64,000 bases of DNA from Sulfuricellaceae bacterium (GCA_050177075.1 JBFXHL010000001.1:3349-67348); one strand, 5' to 3'. Shown: positions 31,381-43,843, numbered from the stretch's first letter. Made by a program: numbers and translations. Notes: generated from the sequence alone by a model not told the origin.

Positions 31381-32693
31381 CAACCGCTTGCCGCAGGAAA
31401 GGTTAAAACGAACTCGCTGAACTCGCCCACCGTCGACTCGCATGAAATACTCCCACCAAACGCTTGCATGACGCTCTGGCAGTACGCCAGACCGATACCG
31501 GCACCCGAACCGTCGTCGTGGCCCAAGGACCAGGCGTAGAACCGGGTGAAAATGTGCGGCAGCACGTGGGGCGGGATGCCCGGCCCCGTATCGCGGAAAA
31601 TCAGCCGCCCGCCCACCGACGACGATTCCAGCCGGATGGCGATCTGCCCCTTGCCTGCCTTGGTGACATGATAGACCGCATTCTTGAGCAGGTTGAATAG
31701 CACGTGCACCATCATCAACTCGTTGCCGCGGAAAATGAAGTCCTGCCCCCGCTCCCACGTCACCAGGCGCCGCTCCCGTTCCGAGGCGAAAGGATAGCGC
31801 CGCAGGGCCGTCTCGACGCAGGACGCCATGGAACAGGGAGCGAAATTTTCCTCCCGGAAGCCGAAGGGCTTGGTGTTCATCAACAGCATGTCGATGGCGG
31901 TGTTGGAATAGTCCGCCTCCCCCTCGATGCGCTCCAGCACCCCGGCCATGGACGCCAGGTGCGCCTCCCGCAGCGGCTCCACCGGCAGGCCTTCCTCCCG
32001 GGCCTGGCGATAAGCGTCCAGCAGGGCGGGCAGGTGCTGCTTCAGCCCCGCCGCCCCGGCCTTGATGCCCAGGAGGGGCGTGCGCAACTCATGGGCCACG
32101 GTGCTGGCGGCGGTCAGCATGGCCCGCAGGCGCTCCCGCTTCACCACCTCCGAGCTGTAGTTCGCCGCCGCGCCGATGACGATGATGAACAGGTAGATGG
32201 GCACATGCTCCAGGCTGACGGACTCCAGGTGGGGTCCCGCCGTCGTCAGGCTGTAAGCCAGCCAGGCCAGGCCGATTCCTACCACGCTCTGGATGAACAG
32301 ATTCAACCAGTCCAGCAGCAGCACCATCAGGAAGGCCGCCGCCAGGGCGGACAGCAGCCAGACGCTGTCGCCGTTGTTCTTCAGCAGCATGAAGGTGAAG
32401 AAGAACGGCAGGGCGAAGAGAACGGCCAGATACCAGTAACCCGCCAGATAGGGACGCAGTCCCTTGGGCCAGTATTTCGCCAGCATCACCGGCACGAACA
32501 GGGCGCTGCCGAATAGCCGCAGGGGCAGGTTCTCGTAGGGCTGGGGGAAAAGGTCGTGCCAAATGAAGTAATAGAGGGGGAAGCCCACCACCGCCACCAG
32601 CCCGAAGGGCAGGAAGCGCGGCTCGAAATACAGCACGCTGCGCTCCACGGTGGCGTAGGCCCGTTGCGCCAGGTTCTTGACTCCCTCCATCAT
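31380..32693 (-). CDS. cqsS: CqsS/LqsS-type membrane sensor histidine kinase (no C-terminal receiver domain)
   Basis: 437 aa with about 6 N-terminal TM helices. Carries the family hallmark FPQPYENLPLR, the H-box VAHELRTPL, and N/G boxes (LLKNAVYH, DTGPGI, GSGAGIGL). Confidence 0.85.
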   Translation of the reverse strand: MMEGVKNLAQRAYATVERSVLYFEPRFLPFGLVAVVGFPLYYFIWHDLFPQPYENLPLRLFGSALFVPVMLAKYWPKGLRPYLAGYWYLAVLFALPFFFTFMLLKNNGDSVWLLSALAAAFLMVLLLDWLNLFIQSVVGIGLAWLAYSLTTAGPHLESVSLEHVPIYLFIIVIGAAANYSSEVVKRERLRAMLTAASTVAHELRTPLLGIKAGAAGLKQHLPALLDAYRQAREEGLPVEPLREAHLASMAGVLERIEGEADYSNTAIDMLLMNTKPFGFREENFAPCSMASCVETALRRYPFASERERRLVTWERGQDFIFRGNELMMVHVLFNLLKNAVYHVTKAGKGQIAIRLESSSVGGRLIFRDTGPGIPPHVLPHIFTRFYAWSLGHDDGSGAGIGLAYCQSVMQAFGGSISCESTVGEFSEFVLTFPAASG

Positions 32694-32763
32694 CGCGTAT
32701 CGCTCGTTTCGGCTTGCCTCGAAAATGCCACTTTACCCCGGCGGGGGGCAGAAAAAAACCGCC

Positions 32764-32795
32764 GCAAAAAAGAACCCCCCGTCGAAGCGGGGGGT
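32764..32795 (-). terminator. Rho-independent terminator of ssb
   Basis: Minus strand reads ACCCCCCG-CTTCGA-CGGGGGGT followed by TCTTTTTTG. Confidence 0.75.
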
Positions 32796-32819
32796 CGTTT
32801 TACTGCCGGGTTTCGCCAC

Positions 32820-33293
32820 CTAGAACGGAATATCGTCCTCGAAGTCGTCGAACTCGCCGCCGCTCTTGGCCGGGGCGCTACCGCCGCGGGAGCCGCCGGA
32901 CGCGCCGCCGGACGAACGTCCGCCGCCCCCTTCGACCACCTCGAAGGCATTGCCGCCGCCACCGCGGCCACCCAGCATCTGCATCTTGTCGGCGACGATT
33001 TCGGTGGTGTAGCGGTCCTGCCCTTCCTTGTCCTGCCACTTGCGGGTTTGCAGGCGGCCTTCCACGTAGACCTGGGAGCCTTTCTTCAGGTACTCGCCGG
33101 CGATTTCCGCCAACTTGCCGAAGAAGGCCACCCGGTGCCACTCGGTGCGCTCCTGCTTCTCGCCGCTCTTGTCCTTCCAGGTGTCGGTGGTGGCCAGGGT
33201 GATGTTGCAGATGGCGTCGCCGCTGGGCATGTAGCGGGTTTCGGGATCGCGCCCCAGGTTGCCGATAAGAATCACTTTGTTGACGGATGCCAT
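32820..33293 (-). CDS. ssb: Single-stranded DNA-binding protein
   Basis: 157 aa. OB fold, Gly-rich tail, acidic tip DDIPF. The ATG overlaps the upstream MFS stop (TAATG). Confidence 0.97.
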   Translation of the reverse strand: MASVNKVILIGNLGRDPETRYMPSGDAICNITLATTDTWKDKSGEKQERTEWHRVAFFGKLAEIAGEYLKKGSQVYVEGRLQTRKWQDKEGQDRYTTEIVADKMQMLGGRGGGGNAFEVVEGGGGRSSGGASGGSRGGSAPAKSGGEFDDFEDDIPF

Positions 33294-34669
33294 TACATTT
33301 CCTCGATCAGTTTCATTGCCTGGGCCTCATCCCAGCGGTGCATGTCCACCTTGAGATAGGCCGCCCCCTCTTCCGGGACCACCGCCGCGTCCCGCACGCC
33401 TTCCAGCGCCAGCAGGCGGCGGGTGATGTCCGCGGCGTCGCCGTGGCGCACGGCCTCGATATGATACATCTTCGTCCGCACCGCCGGCGGCTTTTTCATG
33501 GTCAGGGCCAGGCCGAACCAGACCAGCATCAGGCAGCCGCCGAAGACGAACACCGCCAGGGGGCCGAAATGGCTGGAGAGCAGGCCGCCCACGGCGCCAC
33601 CGGTGAAAAGCCCCAGGGACTGGGAGGTATTATACACGCCCATGGCGGTGCCCTTGGAGCGGGCCGGCGCCACCTTGGAGATGATGGAGGGCAGGGACGC
33701 CTCCAGGATGTTGAAGGCGGTGAAGAAGGCCAGCAGCAGGGCGACGATGCCCCAGAAGTGGCTGAAGGCCTCCAGCATGCCGAACTCCACCGCCACCAGC
33801 AGGCCCACGGCGAAGACGAAAATCTCCTTCAGCTTGGCTTTTTTCTCGCCGACGATGATGGCCGGCACCATCAGGGCGAAGGCCACCACCATCACCGGCA
33901 GATACACCTGCCAGTGGTGCTCCTCGTCCAGGCCGCCGGTGCTCTTGAGGGCGAAGGGAATCACCACGAACATCGCCATCTGGGCGGCGTGGAGGGCGAA
34001 AATGCCGAAGTTGAGACGCAGCAGCTGGGTATCCCGCAGCACCTCCTTCAGCCGCGCCGGCTTGGCCTCGGCATCGGAGTGGAAATGGCTTTCCTTGGGG
34101 TCGGGAATCACTTTCGCCACCACCGCCACCGCCAGCAGGGCCAGCACCCCGGTGAGATCGAAGATGCCGGGCACGCCGATCCACTGGTAGAGGGCGGGAC
34201 CCGCCACCAGGGAGACGGCGAAGGTCAGGCCGATGGTGGAGCCGATCATGGCCATGGCGTGGGTGCGGTGCTCCTCCCGGGTCAGGTCCGCCAGGAGGGC
34301 GGTGACGGCGGCGGAGATGGCGCCGGCGCCCTGGATGGCCCGTCCGAGGATGATCAGGTTGAGGTCGTGGGCCGCCCCGGCGATGAAGCTGCCCAGGGCG
34401 AAGAGGGCGAGGCCGAAATAAATCACCCGCTTGCGCCCCCAGCGGTCCGCCGCCATGCCGTAGGGCAGCTGCAGGCACGCCTGGGTCAGGCCGTACATGC
34501 CCAGGGCCAGGCCCACCTTGGCATGGTCCGTGCCGCCGGGCAGGCCCTCGGCGTAAATGGCGAAAATCGGCAGGATCAGGAACAGGCCCAGCATGCGCAG
34601 GCCGAAAATGCCGGCGAGGCCGAAGGTGGCGCGTTGTTCCAGGGGGGTCATTTTGTCGCTGGTTTGCAT
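33293..34669 (-). CDS. MFS transporter with a ~60-aa C-terminal soluble domain (YajR-like)
   Basis: 12-TM MFS core ([11 protein letters not shown]) plus the C-terminal [31 protein letters not shown]... domain. Confidence 0.8.
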   Translation of the reverse strand: MQTSDKMTPLEQRATFGLAGIFGLRMLGLFLILPIFAIYAEGLPGGTDHAKVGLALGMYGLTQACLQLPYGMAADRWGRKRVIYFGLALFALGSFIAGAAHDLNLIILGRAIQGAGAISAAVTALLADLTREEHRTHAMAMIGSTIGLTFAVSLVAGPALYQWIGVPGIFDLTGVLALLAVAVVAKVIPDPKESHFHSDAEAKPARLKEVLRDTQLLRLNFGIFALHAAQMAMFVVIPFALKSTGGLDEEHHWQVYLPVMVVAFALMVPAIIVGEKKAKLKEIFVFAVGLLVAVEFGMLEAFSHFWGIVALLLAFFTAFNILEASLPSIISKVAPARSKGTAMGVYNTSQSLGLFTGGAVGGLLSSHFGPLAVFVFGGCLMLVWFGLALTMKKPPAVRTKMYHIEAVRHGDAADITRRLLALEGVRDAAVVPEEGAAYLKVDMHRWDEAQAMKLIEEM

Positions 34670-34956
34670 TCCGTTGGAAGCCGGGGTGGTTGAAGAAGCC
34701 GACTATTTTAGCAGGCTATCCTTGCATTAAGCTGTCGAATCGGCGGCGGGCGGAAAAGCGCTGCCGGCGAAGGCCGGATTGCGTTCCCTCTGCGCAAGCA
34801 TCCTCATTCTCGCCCCGACGCGCCGACCTCTTTTCACTCTTCCGACAGCCGCAGAATTACCTCACCGTTCCAAATACCATACCCCTGCCCCGATTTGAGC
34901 TCCCCCCCCAAAATTCCGTATAGTAGCGGATTGGCCTTTTCCCCCTGAGCAGCACC

Positions 34957-37776
<2,820 letters not shown>

Positions 37777-37900
37777 ACGGAGGCGTCCGCGCCAGGCGGA
37801 CCCGGGGGGTGTGGCCCAGGACCAGCGTGGCCACGTTCTGCACGGGCTCCCCAGACGTGATACCCTTGCGCCAAACAACATAAACACCCCGGGGACATTC

Positions 37901-38704
37901 ATGCATTCCATCACCATCAGCGAGATCGGCGTCTTTCTGGTCGAGCCTTCCGGCGTTCAGGCCCAATTCATCACCCGGCGACTGGAAGAACTGGGCGTCA
38001 TCCGCATCAAGACCTTCGGCGACGCCCAGAGCGCCCTGGCGGAAATGCGCCGCCAGCCGCCCGACCTGGTAATCAGCAGCCTCCACCTGCCGGATATGAG
38101 CGGCGCCGAACTGGTGCAGGCCATGCGCAGCGACGAGCAGCTGCGGGAAACCGCCTTCATTCTGGTCTCCAGCGAAACCAAGCCTCACTACCTGGAGCCG
38201 GTGCGCCAGGCAGGCGCCTGCGCCATCCTGCCCAAGCCGGTGGAAACCGCCACCCTGCGCACGGCCCTCCTCGCCTCACTCGACTACCTCCAGCCCAACA
38301 CCCTCAAACTGGACGTTTCGGGCATCGACCTGGAAAGCCTGCGGGTGCTGGTGGTGGACGACAGCCGCAGCGCCCGTGCCTTCATCCGCCGGGTGCTGGA
38401 GAACCTGGGCATCGTCAACATCACCGAGGCCGAGAACGGCCGCCAGGCGGTGGAAATCATCAACGAAGGCTACTTCGACCTGGTGGTGACCGACTACAAC
38501 ATGCCGGAAATGGACGGCCGGGAGCTGACCGAATTCATCCGCACCAAGAGCTGGCAGGGCTCCCTGCCCATCATGATGGTGTCCAGCGAACAGGACCAGG
38601 AACGCCTCGCCGCCGTCCAGCAGGCCGGGGTGTCCGGCATCTGCGACAAGCCCTTCGAGCCCGCCGTGGTCAAGGACCTGATCGAGCGCATGCTGGCGGT
38701 GTAG
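37901..38704 (+). CDS. Two-receiver-domain protein: degenerate pseudo-receiver plus canonical CheY-like receiver, no output domain
   Basis: REC1 has VEPSG and LVISSLHLPDMSG, with Ser at the acceptor position. REC2 has VVDDS, LVVTDYNMPEMDG and CDKPF. Confidence 0.8.
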   Translation: MHSITISEIGVFLVEPSGVQAQFITRRLEELGVIRIKTFGDAQSALAEMRRQPPDLVISSLHLPDMSGAELVQAMRSDEQLRETAFILVSSETKPHYLEPVRQAGACAILPKPVETATLRTALLASLDYLQPNTLKLDVSGIDLESLRVLVVDDSRSARAFIRRVLENLGIVNITEAENGRQAVEIINEGYFDLVVTDYNMPEMDGRELTEFIRTKSWQGSLPIMMVSSEQDQERLAAVQQAGVSGICDKPFEPAVVKDLIERMLAV

Positions 38705-38907
38705 CCCACGAGCGGGGAGGCCAGGCCGGCCCCTTCCTTTGGAAAATCCCCCCCGACTGCTATAACTCACTACACGGCAAGCGCGCATTCCCGCGCCGCC
38801 CGCCTTACCGTCCACACGATCCCGAACCACCCCCGCCGCCCGATGTCCCCGACGCGGCACGCCGAAGCAGGCGTCGAGGCGGCTCCCTTTGCACGAAGGA
38901 GAAGGCC

Positions 38908-39552
38908 ATGGATATTCCCACCCAACGCACCATCGCCCGCAACGCCGCCTGCGCCCTGGTCGCCGCCGCCCTGACGGCGGGGTGCGCCACCGAAGGAGGC
39001 GGCTATTCATCGGGAGGCTCCAGCCCGGCCAGACAGGCCGCCATCGGAGGCGCCATCGGCGCGGTGGCCGGCAACGTGGTCGGCTACCTCGCCAACCGGG
39101 ACCGCACCACCGTCACCGTCGTCGGTGCCCTGGTGGGTGCCGGCATCGGCTATTGGAAAGGCCTGCAAAGCGACCACAGGCTGAAGCAGGCGGAAGATTC
39201 GTCGCGGGAAATCGCCGACGTGCAAGCCAAGAGCCGTTATCCCTACGAGAGCCCCAAACTCCAGGCGCGGGAGTCCGACGACAAGGGCCGCGCCACCTTC
39301 GACAAGCTGGAAACCCCCATCCCTTACGACGCGGTGAAGAACCACTCGGCGGACGCCAGCCAGGTGCTGCGCAAACTGGGCGCCCTGGCGGCCCGCAACG
39401 AATCGGCGGTGCATATCTACGCCCCGACCCAGGAGGCACGGGATTACATGGCGGCGGAAATCCTACGGGGGGCGGCCGGCGAGCAGATCAGTATCCGCAG
39501 CAGCGCCAGCAAGGAAACCAAGGTGGTCATCGGCAGCGTGCCGTCCACCTGA
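38908..39552 (+). CDS. Lipoprotein with glycine-zipper segment, function unknown
   Basis: Lipobox LTAGC. AAIGGAIGAVAGNVVG...GALVGAGIG. GGAG-rich RBS upstream. Confidence 0.65.
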   Translation: MDIPTQRTIARNAACALVAAALTAGCATEGGGYSSGGSSPARQAAIGGAIGAVAGNVVGYLANRDRTTVTVVGALVGAGIGYWKGLQSDHRLKQAEDSSREIADVQAKSRYPYESPKLQARESDDKGRATFDKLETPIPYDAVKNHSADASQVLRKLGALAARNESAVHIYAPTQEARDYMAAEILRGAAGEQISIRSSASKETKVVIGSVPST

Positions 39553-39581
39553 GCAGCCCAGCCGTTTCAACTTTTCTCCTG

Positions 39582-39611
39582 GGCGCGGCGGGTTCTCCGC
39601 CGCGCCTTTTC
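39582..39611 (+). terminator. Rho-independent terminator
   Basis: Perfect 10-bp stem GGCGCGGCGG-GTTCT-CCGCCGCGCC followed by TTTT. Confidence 0.75.
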
Positions 39612-39698
39612 ATGCCGCCGGGGCGGTTGCAGGCGTGCCGCCGCAGGCGCAGAATGAGTGAAACAAAACCATAACACTTACACGCGGCGGAGGACTCC

Positions 39699-40580
39699 AT
39701 GTCTCACAAGCACCCCATCATTGCGGTGACCGGCTCGTCAGGCGCCGGCAGCGAGCCGGTGATGTCGGCATTCAAGCATCTGTTCTGGCGGGAGAAGGTC
39801 ACGGCGGCGGTGGTGCAGGGAGACGGCTTCCACCGCTACGACCGGGAGGCGATGAAGGCGGCGGTCAAGGCTTCCCTCCAGGCCGGCAAACGGCCCATCA
39901 CCCATTTCGGCCCCGAGGGCAACCTGCTGCCGGAGCTGGAAGCGCTGATGGTGGAGTACGGCAAGAAGGGCAGCGGCAAGAGCCGCCACTACATCCACTG
40001 CGAGGCCGACGCCGCCGAACACGGCCAGCCCCCCGGCACCCTCACCCCCTGGGCGCCCCTGCCCGACAATACCGACCTGATGCTTTACCAGGGGTTGCAC
40101 GGCGGCTACGTCGGGAAAGAGGCGGACATCGCCCGGCACGTGGACCTGCTCATCGGCGTCACCCCCATCGTCAACCTGGAGTGGATTCAGAAGCTCCACA
40201 AGGACATCAACGACCGGGGTTATTCCCGCGAAGCCATCACCCACGTCATCCTGGAGCGGATGCACGACTACGTCCACCACATCACGCCCCAGTTCTCCCG
40301 TACCCATATCAACTTCCAGCGGGTGCCGGTGGTGGACACCTCCAACCCCTTCATCGCCCGGGACGTGCCCAACCTGGACGAGAGCCTGATGGTGATCCGC
40401 TTCCGCTACCCGAAAGGGGTGAATTTTCCCTACCTGCTGGAAATGCTGCACGACTCCTTCATGTCCCGCCCCAACACCCTGGTGGTACCCGCAGGCAAGG
40501 CCCTGCAGGCGATGGAGGTGATTTTCGGCCCCCTCCTCCACGAGCTGATGGAAAGGCGGCGGGCCGCCAAGAAAGGCTAG
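39699..40580 (+). CDS. prk: Phosphoribulokinase
   Basis: 293 aa. MSHKHPIIAVTGSSGAGSE...QGDGFHRYDR is a typical bacterial PRK sequence. Confidence 0.9.
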   Translation: MSHKHPIIAVTGSSGAGSEPVMSAFKHLFWREKVTAAVVQGDGFHRYDREAMKAAVKASLQAGKRPITHFGPEGNLLPELEALMVEYGKKGSGKSRHYIHCEADAAEHGQPPGTLTPWAPLPDNTDLMLYQGLHGGYVGKEADIARHVDLLIGVTPIVNLEWIQKLHKDINDRGYSREAITHVILERMHDYVHHITPQFSRTHINFQRVPVVDTSNPFIARDVPNLDESLMVIRFRYPKGVNFPYLLEMLHDSFMSRPNTLVVPAGKALQAMEVIFGPLLHELMERRRAAKKG

Positions 40581-40584
40581 GTCC

Positions 40585-41277
40585 TCAGGCGGCGTCCTTG
40601 CCGCAGCACTGCTTGTATTTCTTGCCGCTGCCGCAGGGACAGGGGTCGTTGCGCCCCACCTTGGGCTCCTGCCGCCGCGCGGTGGCCGGCTTGGCGCGGT
40701 AGGACCGCCAGAAGCGGTAAATGGCCCCCACGGCGTTGGGCAGTTCCTCCTGGGCCTCGGCCAGGGCCTGTTGCTCTTCCTTGGGGGACATCCACTTGTC
40801 GCCGTGCTTGAGGGTGTCCTCCTTGAGGAGGCCGTTGAGGAGGAAGAATACTTCCATCTTGTCGGTCAAGTCCTCGCTGTACTCCCCCGCCGCCTCGAAC
40901 CAGTTGCTCTCCCCCATCTGGGAACCGTAGACGTAGCCGTCGCACCAGGAACCGTAATCCAGTTCTTCCGGGTCGTCCTCGAAACCGTAGAGGATGAGGT
41001 CGAAATCCTCCCGCGCCTCCAGGGCGGCGGCGATGCTGCGGTAGAACTTCAGCACCAGGGCCTCGGCCTCTTCCTTCCGGGCCGGGGTGTCGTAAGCCGG
41101 CGCCTCGCCCAGGGCCTCGGGCAGCCAGACCGACGCGGGAATCTCCTCCGGCCCGCTGGCCACGGCGCAGAGGAAGCCCTGGAGCACGTCCAGGGTCATC
41201 GCCTCGTCCTTGAACATCTCTTCGGCCAGCAGTTCTTCCAGCCGGTCCAGGTCCTGGTCGGTAAATTGGTTTTCCAT
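40585..41277 (-). CDS. yecA: YecA-family protein (UPF0149 domain plus SEC-C metal-binding motif)
   Basis: C-terminal [20 protein letters not shown]-terminal UPF0149-like [16 protein letters not shown]. Confidence 0.85.
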   Translation of the reverse strand: MENQFTDQDLDRLEELLAEEMFKDEAMTLDVLQGFLCAVASGPEEIPASVWLPEALGEAPAYDTPARKEEAEALVLKFYRSIAAALEAREDFDLILYGFEDDPEELDYGSWCDGYVYGSQMGESNWFEAAGEYSEDLTDKMEVFFLLNGLLKEDTLKHGDKWMSPKEEQQALAEAQEELPNAVGAIYRFWRSYRAKPATARRQEPKVGRNDPCPCGSGKKYKQCCGKDAA

Positions 41278-41287
41278 GAATTTTCCT

Positions 41288-43843
41288 TTAACGGCGCCCT
41301 TTCGGGGCGGGTTTGTGTCGGCGGGGGGCGGGCCCGGAGGAACGCGGCCGCCGCGTGTCCTTGTCGGGTTCCCGGCCGGCGCCGGCGGGCTGCCAGGCTG
41401 GCACCAGGCATTTCTTGGCGTTGCCGATGAGGTCGGCGCGGCCCATTTTCTTCAGGGTCTCCCGCAGCAGGGGCCAGTTTTCCGGGTCGTGGTAACGGAG
41501 GAAGGCCTTGTGCAGCTTGCGCTGCCGCGCGCCGAAGGGCACCGGCACTTCCTCGCTCTTGCGCGTCACCCGCTTCAGGGGGTTGCGGTGGCTGTGGTAC
41601 ATGGCGGTGGCCAGGGCCATGGGCGTGGGGAGGAAGGTCTGCACCTGATCCGGGCGGAAATCGTTGGCCTTGAGCCACAGGGCCAGGTTGAGCATGTCCT
41701 CGTCGGTGGTGCCGGGATGGCCGCCGATGAAGTAGGGAATCAGGTACTGCTCCTTCTTCGCCTCCCGGGAATAGGCGTCGAACAGCTCCTTGAAGCGGTA
41801 GTAGGTGTCGATGCCCGGCTTCATCATTTTCGACAGGGGCCCCGCCTCGGTATGCTCGGGGGCGATCTTGAGGTAGCCCCCCACATGGTGGGCCGCCAGC
41901 TCCCGCACGTATTCCTTGGAGCGCACCGCCAGGTCGTAGCGTACGCCGGAGCCGATCAGCACCTTCTTGATGCCCCGCAGGGCCCGGGCCTTGCGGTAGA
42001 GGGACACCAGGGGCCCGTGGTCGGTGCCCATGTTGACGCAGATATCCGGATAGACGCAGCTCAAGCGGCGGCAGGCGGACTCGATGTTCGGGTCCTTGCA
42101 CTTCAACCGGTACATGTTGGCGGTGGGGCCGCCCAGGTCGGAGATGATGCCGGTGAAGCCGGGGGTCTTGTCCCGCACCTCCTCCACCTCCCGCAGCACC
42201 GAGGCCTCGGAGCGGCTCTGGATAATGCGACCCTCGTGCTCGGTGATGGAGCAGAAGGTGCAGCCGCCGAAACAGCCGCGCATGATGGCGACGGAAAAAC
42301 GGATCATCTCCCAGGCGGGAATCTTCGCCTCGCCGTAGGCCGGGTGGGGCCGGCGGGCGTAGGGCAGCTCGTACACCCGGTCCAGCTCCTCGGTCTCCAG
42401 GGGAATGGGCGGCGGGTTGACCCACACGTCCCGGTCGCCGTGGGCCTGGACCAGGGCCCGGGCGTTGCCGGGGTTGGACTCCAGGTGCAGCACCCGGGAG
42501 GCATGGGCGTAGAGCAGGGGGTCGGCCTTCACCTGTTCGTAGGAAGGGAGGCGGACCACGGTGTGCTGTCGGTCGGGTTTATTCCCCTCTCCCGCAGGCG
42601 GGAGAGGGGCTAGGGGAGAGGGAAGGCGTGACGGCGAAGCCGCAGAGGGAAAACCCATCCCCACCGCCAATCGGATGGCTTCCAGTACCGCCTCGGTTTC
42701 CTGCAACACCTCATTGTTCCAGAACCGCAACACGCGAATACCTTCCTGTTCGAGGTATTTCGTACGCTCAGTGTCGTATGCCACTTGTTCCGCGTGCTGC
42801 CCACCGTCCAACTCGATATTCACCTTCTTCTCAGGACAGTAGAAATCCAGGATATAGCGTCCAACCGGATGCTGGCGGCGGAACTTCAGACCGAAAAAGC
42901 GCTTTGCGCGCAGGACTCCCCACAACAAGCCTTCGGCGTCAGTTTGATGGGTGCGCAGTTCGCGGGCGAAAGCGAGAATGTCCACCTGCAAGGGTTTGAC
43001 GGGATAACGGGTTTTTCCCTCTCCCCCAACCCCTCCCCCGCCTGCGGCGGCTGAGACGGCTTCGCCGCCACGCCTTCCCTCTCCCCCAACCCCTCCCCCG
43101 CCTGCGGGGGAGGGGAGCGTGTCGTCGACGTCGGATGAATCGAGTTCTCTCCACCCCTCCCCCGGCAACCACCCTTTCGGCCGCATGAAGGCCGTCCCCC
43201 GCAGGTCGGTAATGTCGCCGATCTTCTCGCCCTTCGCCAGGCGGTGGGTCAATTCCACCAGGGCCCGTTCGGCGTTGCCGAACAGCAGCAGGTCCGCCTT
43301 GGCGTCCGGCAGCACCGAGCGGCGCACGGTGTCGGACCAGTAGTCGTAGTGGGCGATGCGGCGCAGGCTCGCCTCGATGCCTCCCAGCACCACGGGCACG
43401 TCCGGGTAGGCCTCGCGGCAGCGCTGGGAATAGACCAGCACCGCCCGGTCGGGGCGCCTGTTTCCCTCGCCTCCGGGGGTATAGGCGTCGTCGGAGCGGA
43501 TTTTTCGCTCGGAGGTGTAGCGGTTGACCATGGAGTCCATGTTCCCCGCCGTGACGCCGAAATACAGGGTAGGACGGCCCAGGGCCTTGAAGGCTTCCGC
43601 CGACTGCCAGGCGGGCTGGGCGATGATGCCGACGCGGAAGCCCTGGGCCTCCAGCAACCGCCCCACCAGGGCCATGCCGAAGCTGGGATGGTCGATATAG
43701 GCGTCTCCCGTGACCAGGATCACGTCGCAGGCGTCCCAGCCCAGGGCGTCCATCTCCTGCCGGCTCATGGGCAGGAAAGGGGCGGTACCGAAGCGTTTGG
43801 CCCAGTGGGGGCGATAGGAGAAGAGGGGTTTGGCGGCTTCCAT
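41288..43843 (-). CDS. ygiQ: YgiQ-family radical SAM protein carrying an in-frame ~177-aa insertion (DUF559 cassette)
   Basis: Collinear with E. coli YgiQ ([58 protein letters not shown]) except for residues ~243-420. Confidence 0.92.
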   Translation of the reverse strand: MEAAKPLFSYRPHWAKRFGTAPFLPMSRQEMDALGWDACDVILVTGDAYIDHPSFGMALVGRLLEAQGFRVGIIAQPAWQSAEAFKALGRPTLYFGVTAGNMDSMVNRYTSERKIRSDDAYTPGGEGNRRPDRAVLVYSQRCREAYPDVPVVLGGIEASLRRIAHYDYWSDTVRRSVLPDAKADLLLFGNAERALVELTHRLAKGEKIGDITDLRGTAFMRPKGWLPGEGWRELDSSDVDDTLPSPAGGGGVGGEGRRGGEAVSAAAGGGGVGGEGKTRYPVKPLQVDILAFARELRTHQTDAEGLLWGVLRAKRFFGLKFRRQHPVGRYILDFYCPEKKVNIELDGGQHAEQVAYDTERTKYLEQEGIRVLRFWNNEVLQETEAVLEAIRLAVGMGFPSAASPSRLPSPLAPLPPAGEGNKPDRQHTVVRLPSYEQVKADPLLYAHASRVLHLESNPGNARALVQAHGDRDVWVNPPPIPLETEELDRVYELPYARRPHPAYGEAKIPAWEMIRFSVAIMRGCFGGCTFCSITEHEGRIIQSRSEASVLREVEEVRDKTPGFTGIISDLGGPTANMYRLKCKDPNIESACRRLSCVYPDICVNMGTDHGPLVSLYRKARALRGIKKVLIGSGVRYDLAVRSKEYVRELAAHHVGGYLKIAPEHTEAGPLSKMMKPGIDTYYRFKELFDAYSREAKKEQYLIPYFIGGHPGTTDEDMLNLALWLKANDFRPDQVQTFLPTPMALATAMYHSHRNPLKRVTRKSEEVPVPFGARQRKLHKAFLRYHDPENWPLLRETLKKMGRADLIGNAKKCLVPAWQPAGAGREPDKDTRRPRSSGPAPRRHKPAPKGRR
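42584..42656 (+). repeat. Terminal inverted repeat, right-hand copy (reads inward on + strand)
   Basis: Hairpin CCCCTCTCCCG-CAGG-CGGGAGAGGGG, then CTAGGGGAGAGGGAAGGCGTGACGGCGAAGCCG...GAGGGAAAACCC. Confidence 0.85.
43009..43115 (-). repeat. Terminal inverted repeat, left-hand copy (reads inward on - strand), with an internal 33-nt tandem duplication
   Basis: Reverse complement reads CCCCTCCCCCG-CAGG-CGGGGGAGGGG TTGGGGGAGAGGGAAGGCGTGGCGGCGAAGCCG..., 54/59 identical to 42584-42642. TTCCCTCTCCCCCAACCCCTCCCCCGCCTGCGG occurs at both 43015 and 43075. Confidence 0.85.

Larger units (their letters stand above)
42584..43115 (-). mobile_element. TIR-bounded cassette encoding a DUF559 (Vsr-like PD-(D/E)XK) endonuclease domain, nested in-frame in ygiQ
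   Basis: The DUF559 core is encoded at ~42659-42979 ([37 protein letters not shown]). It is flanked by inverted ~59-nt repeats with hairpin tips. The ends are approximate. Confidence 0.7.

Noticed and set aside
43015-43107. CRISPR-like direct repeat (33 nt, 60-nt period)
   Set aside because: There are only two copies. They lie inside a coding region and form part of the cassette TIR. No cas genes or leader are present.
42584-43115. Possibility that the ygiQ insertion is an intein
   Set aside because: There are no Hint-domain blocks, no Cys/Ser/Thr at the N-junction, and no His-Asn plus nucleophile at the C-junction. The insert is bounded by inverted DNA repeats and encodes a PD-(D/E)XK-type domain rather than a LAGLIDADG or HNH domain, pointing to a DNA-level element rather than protein splicing.
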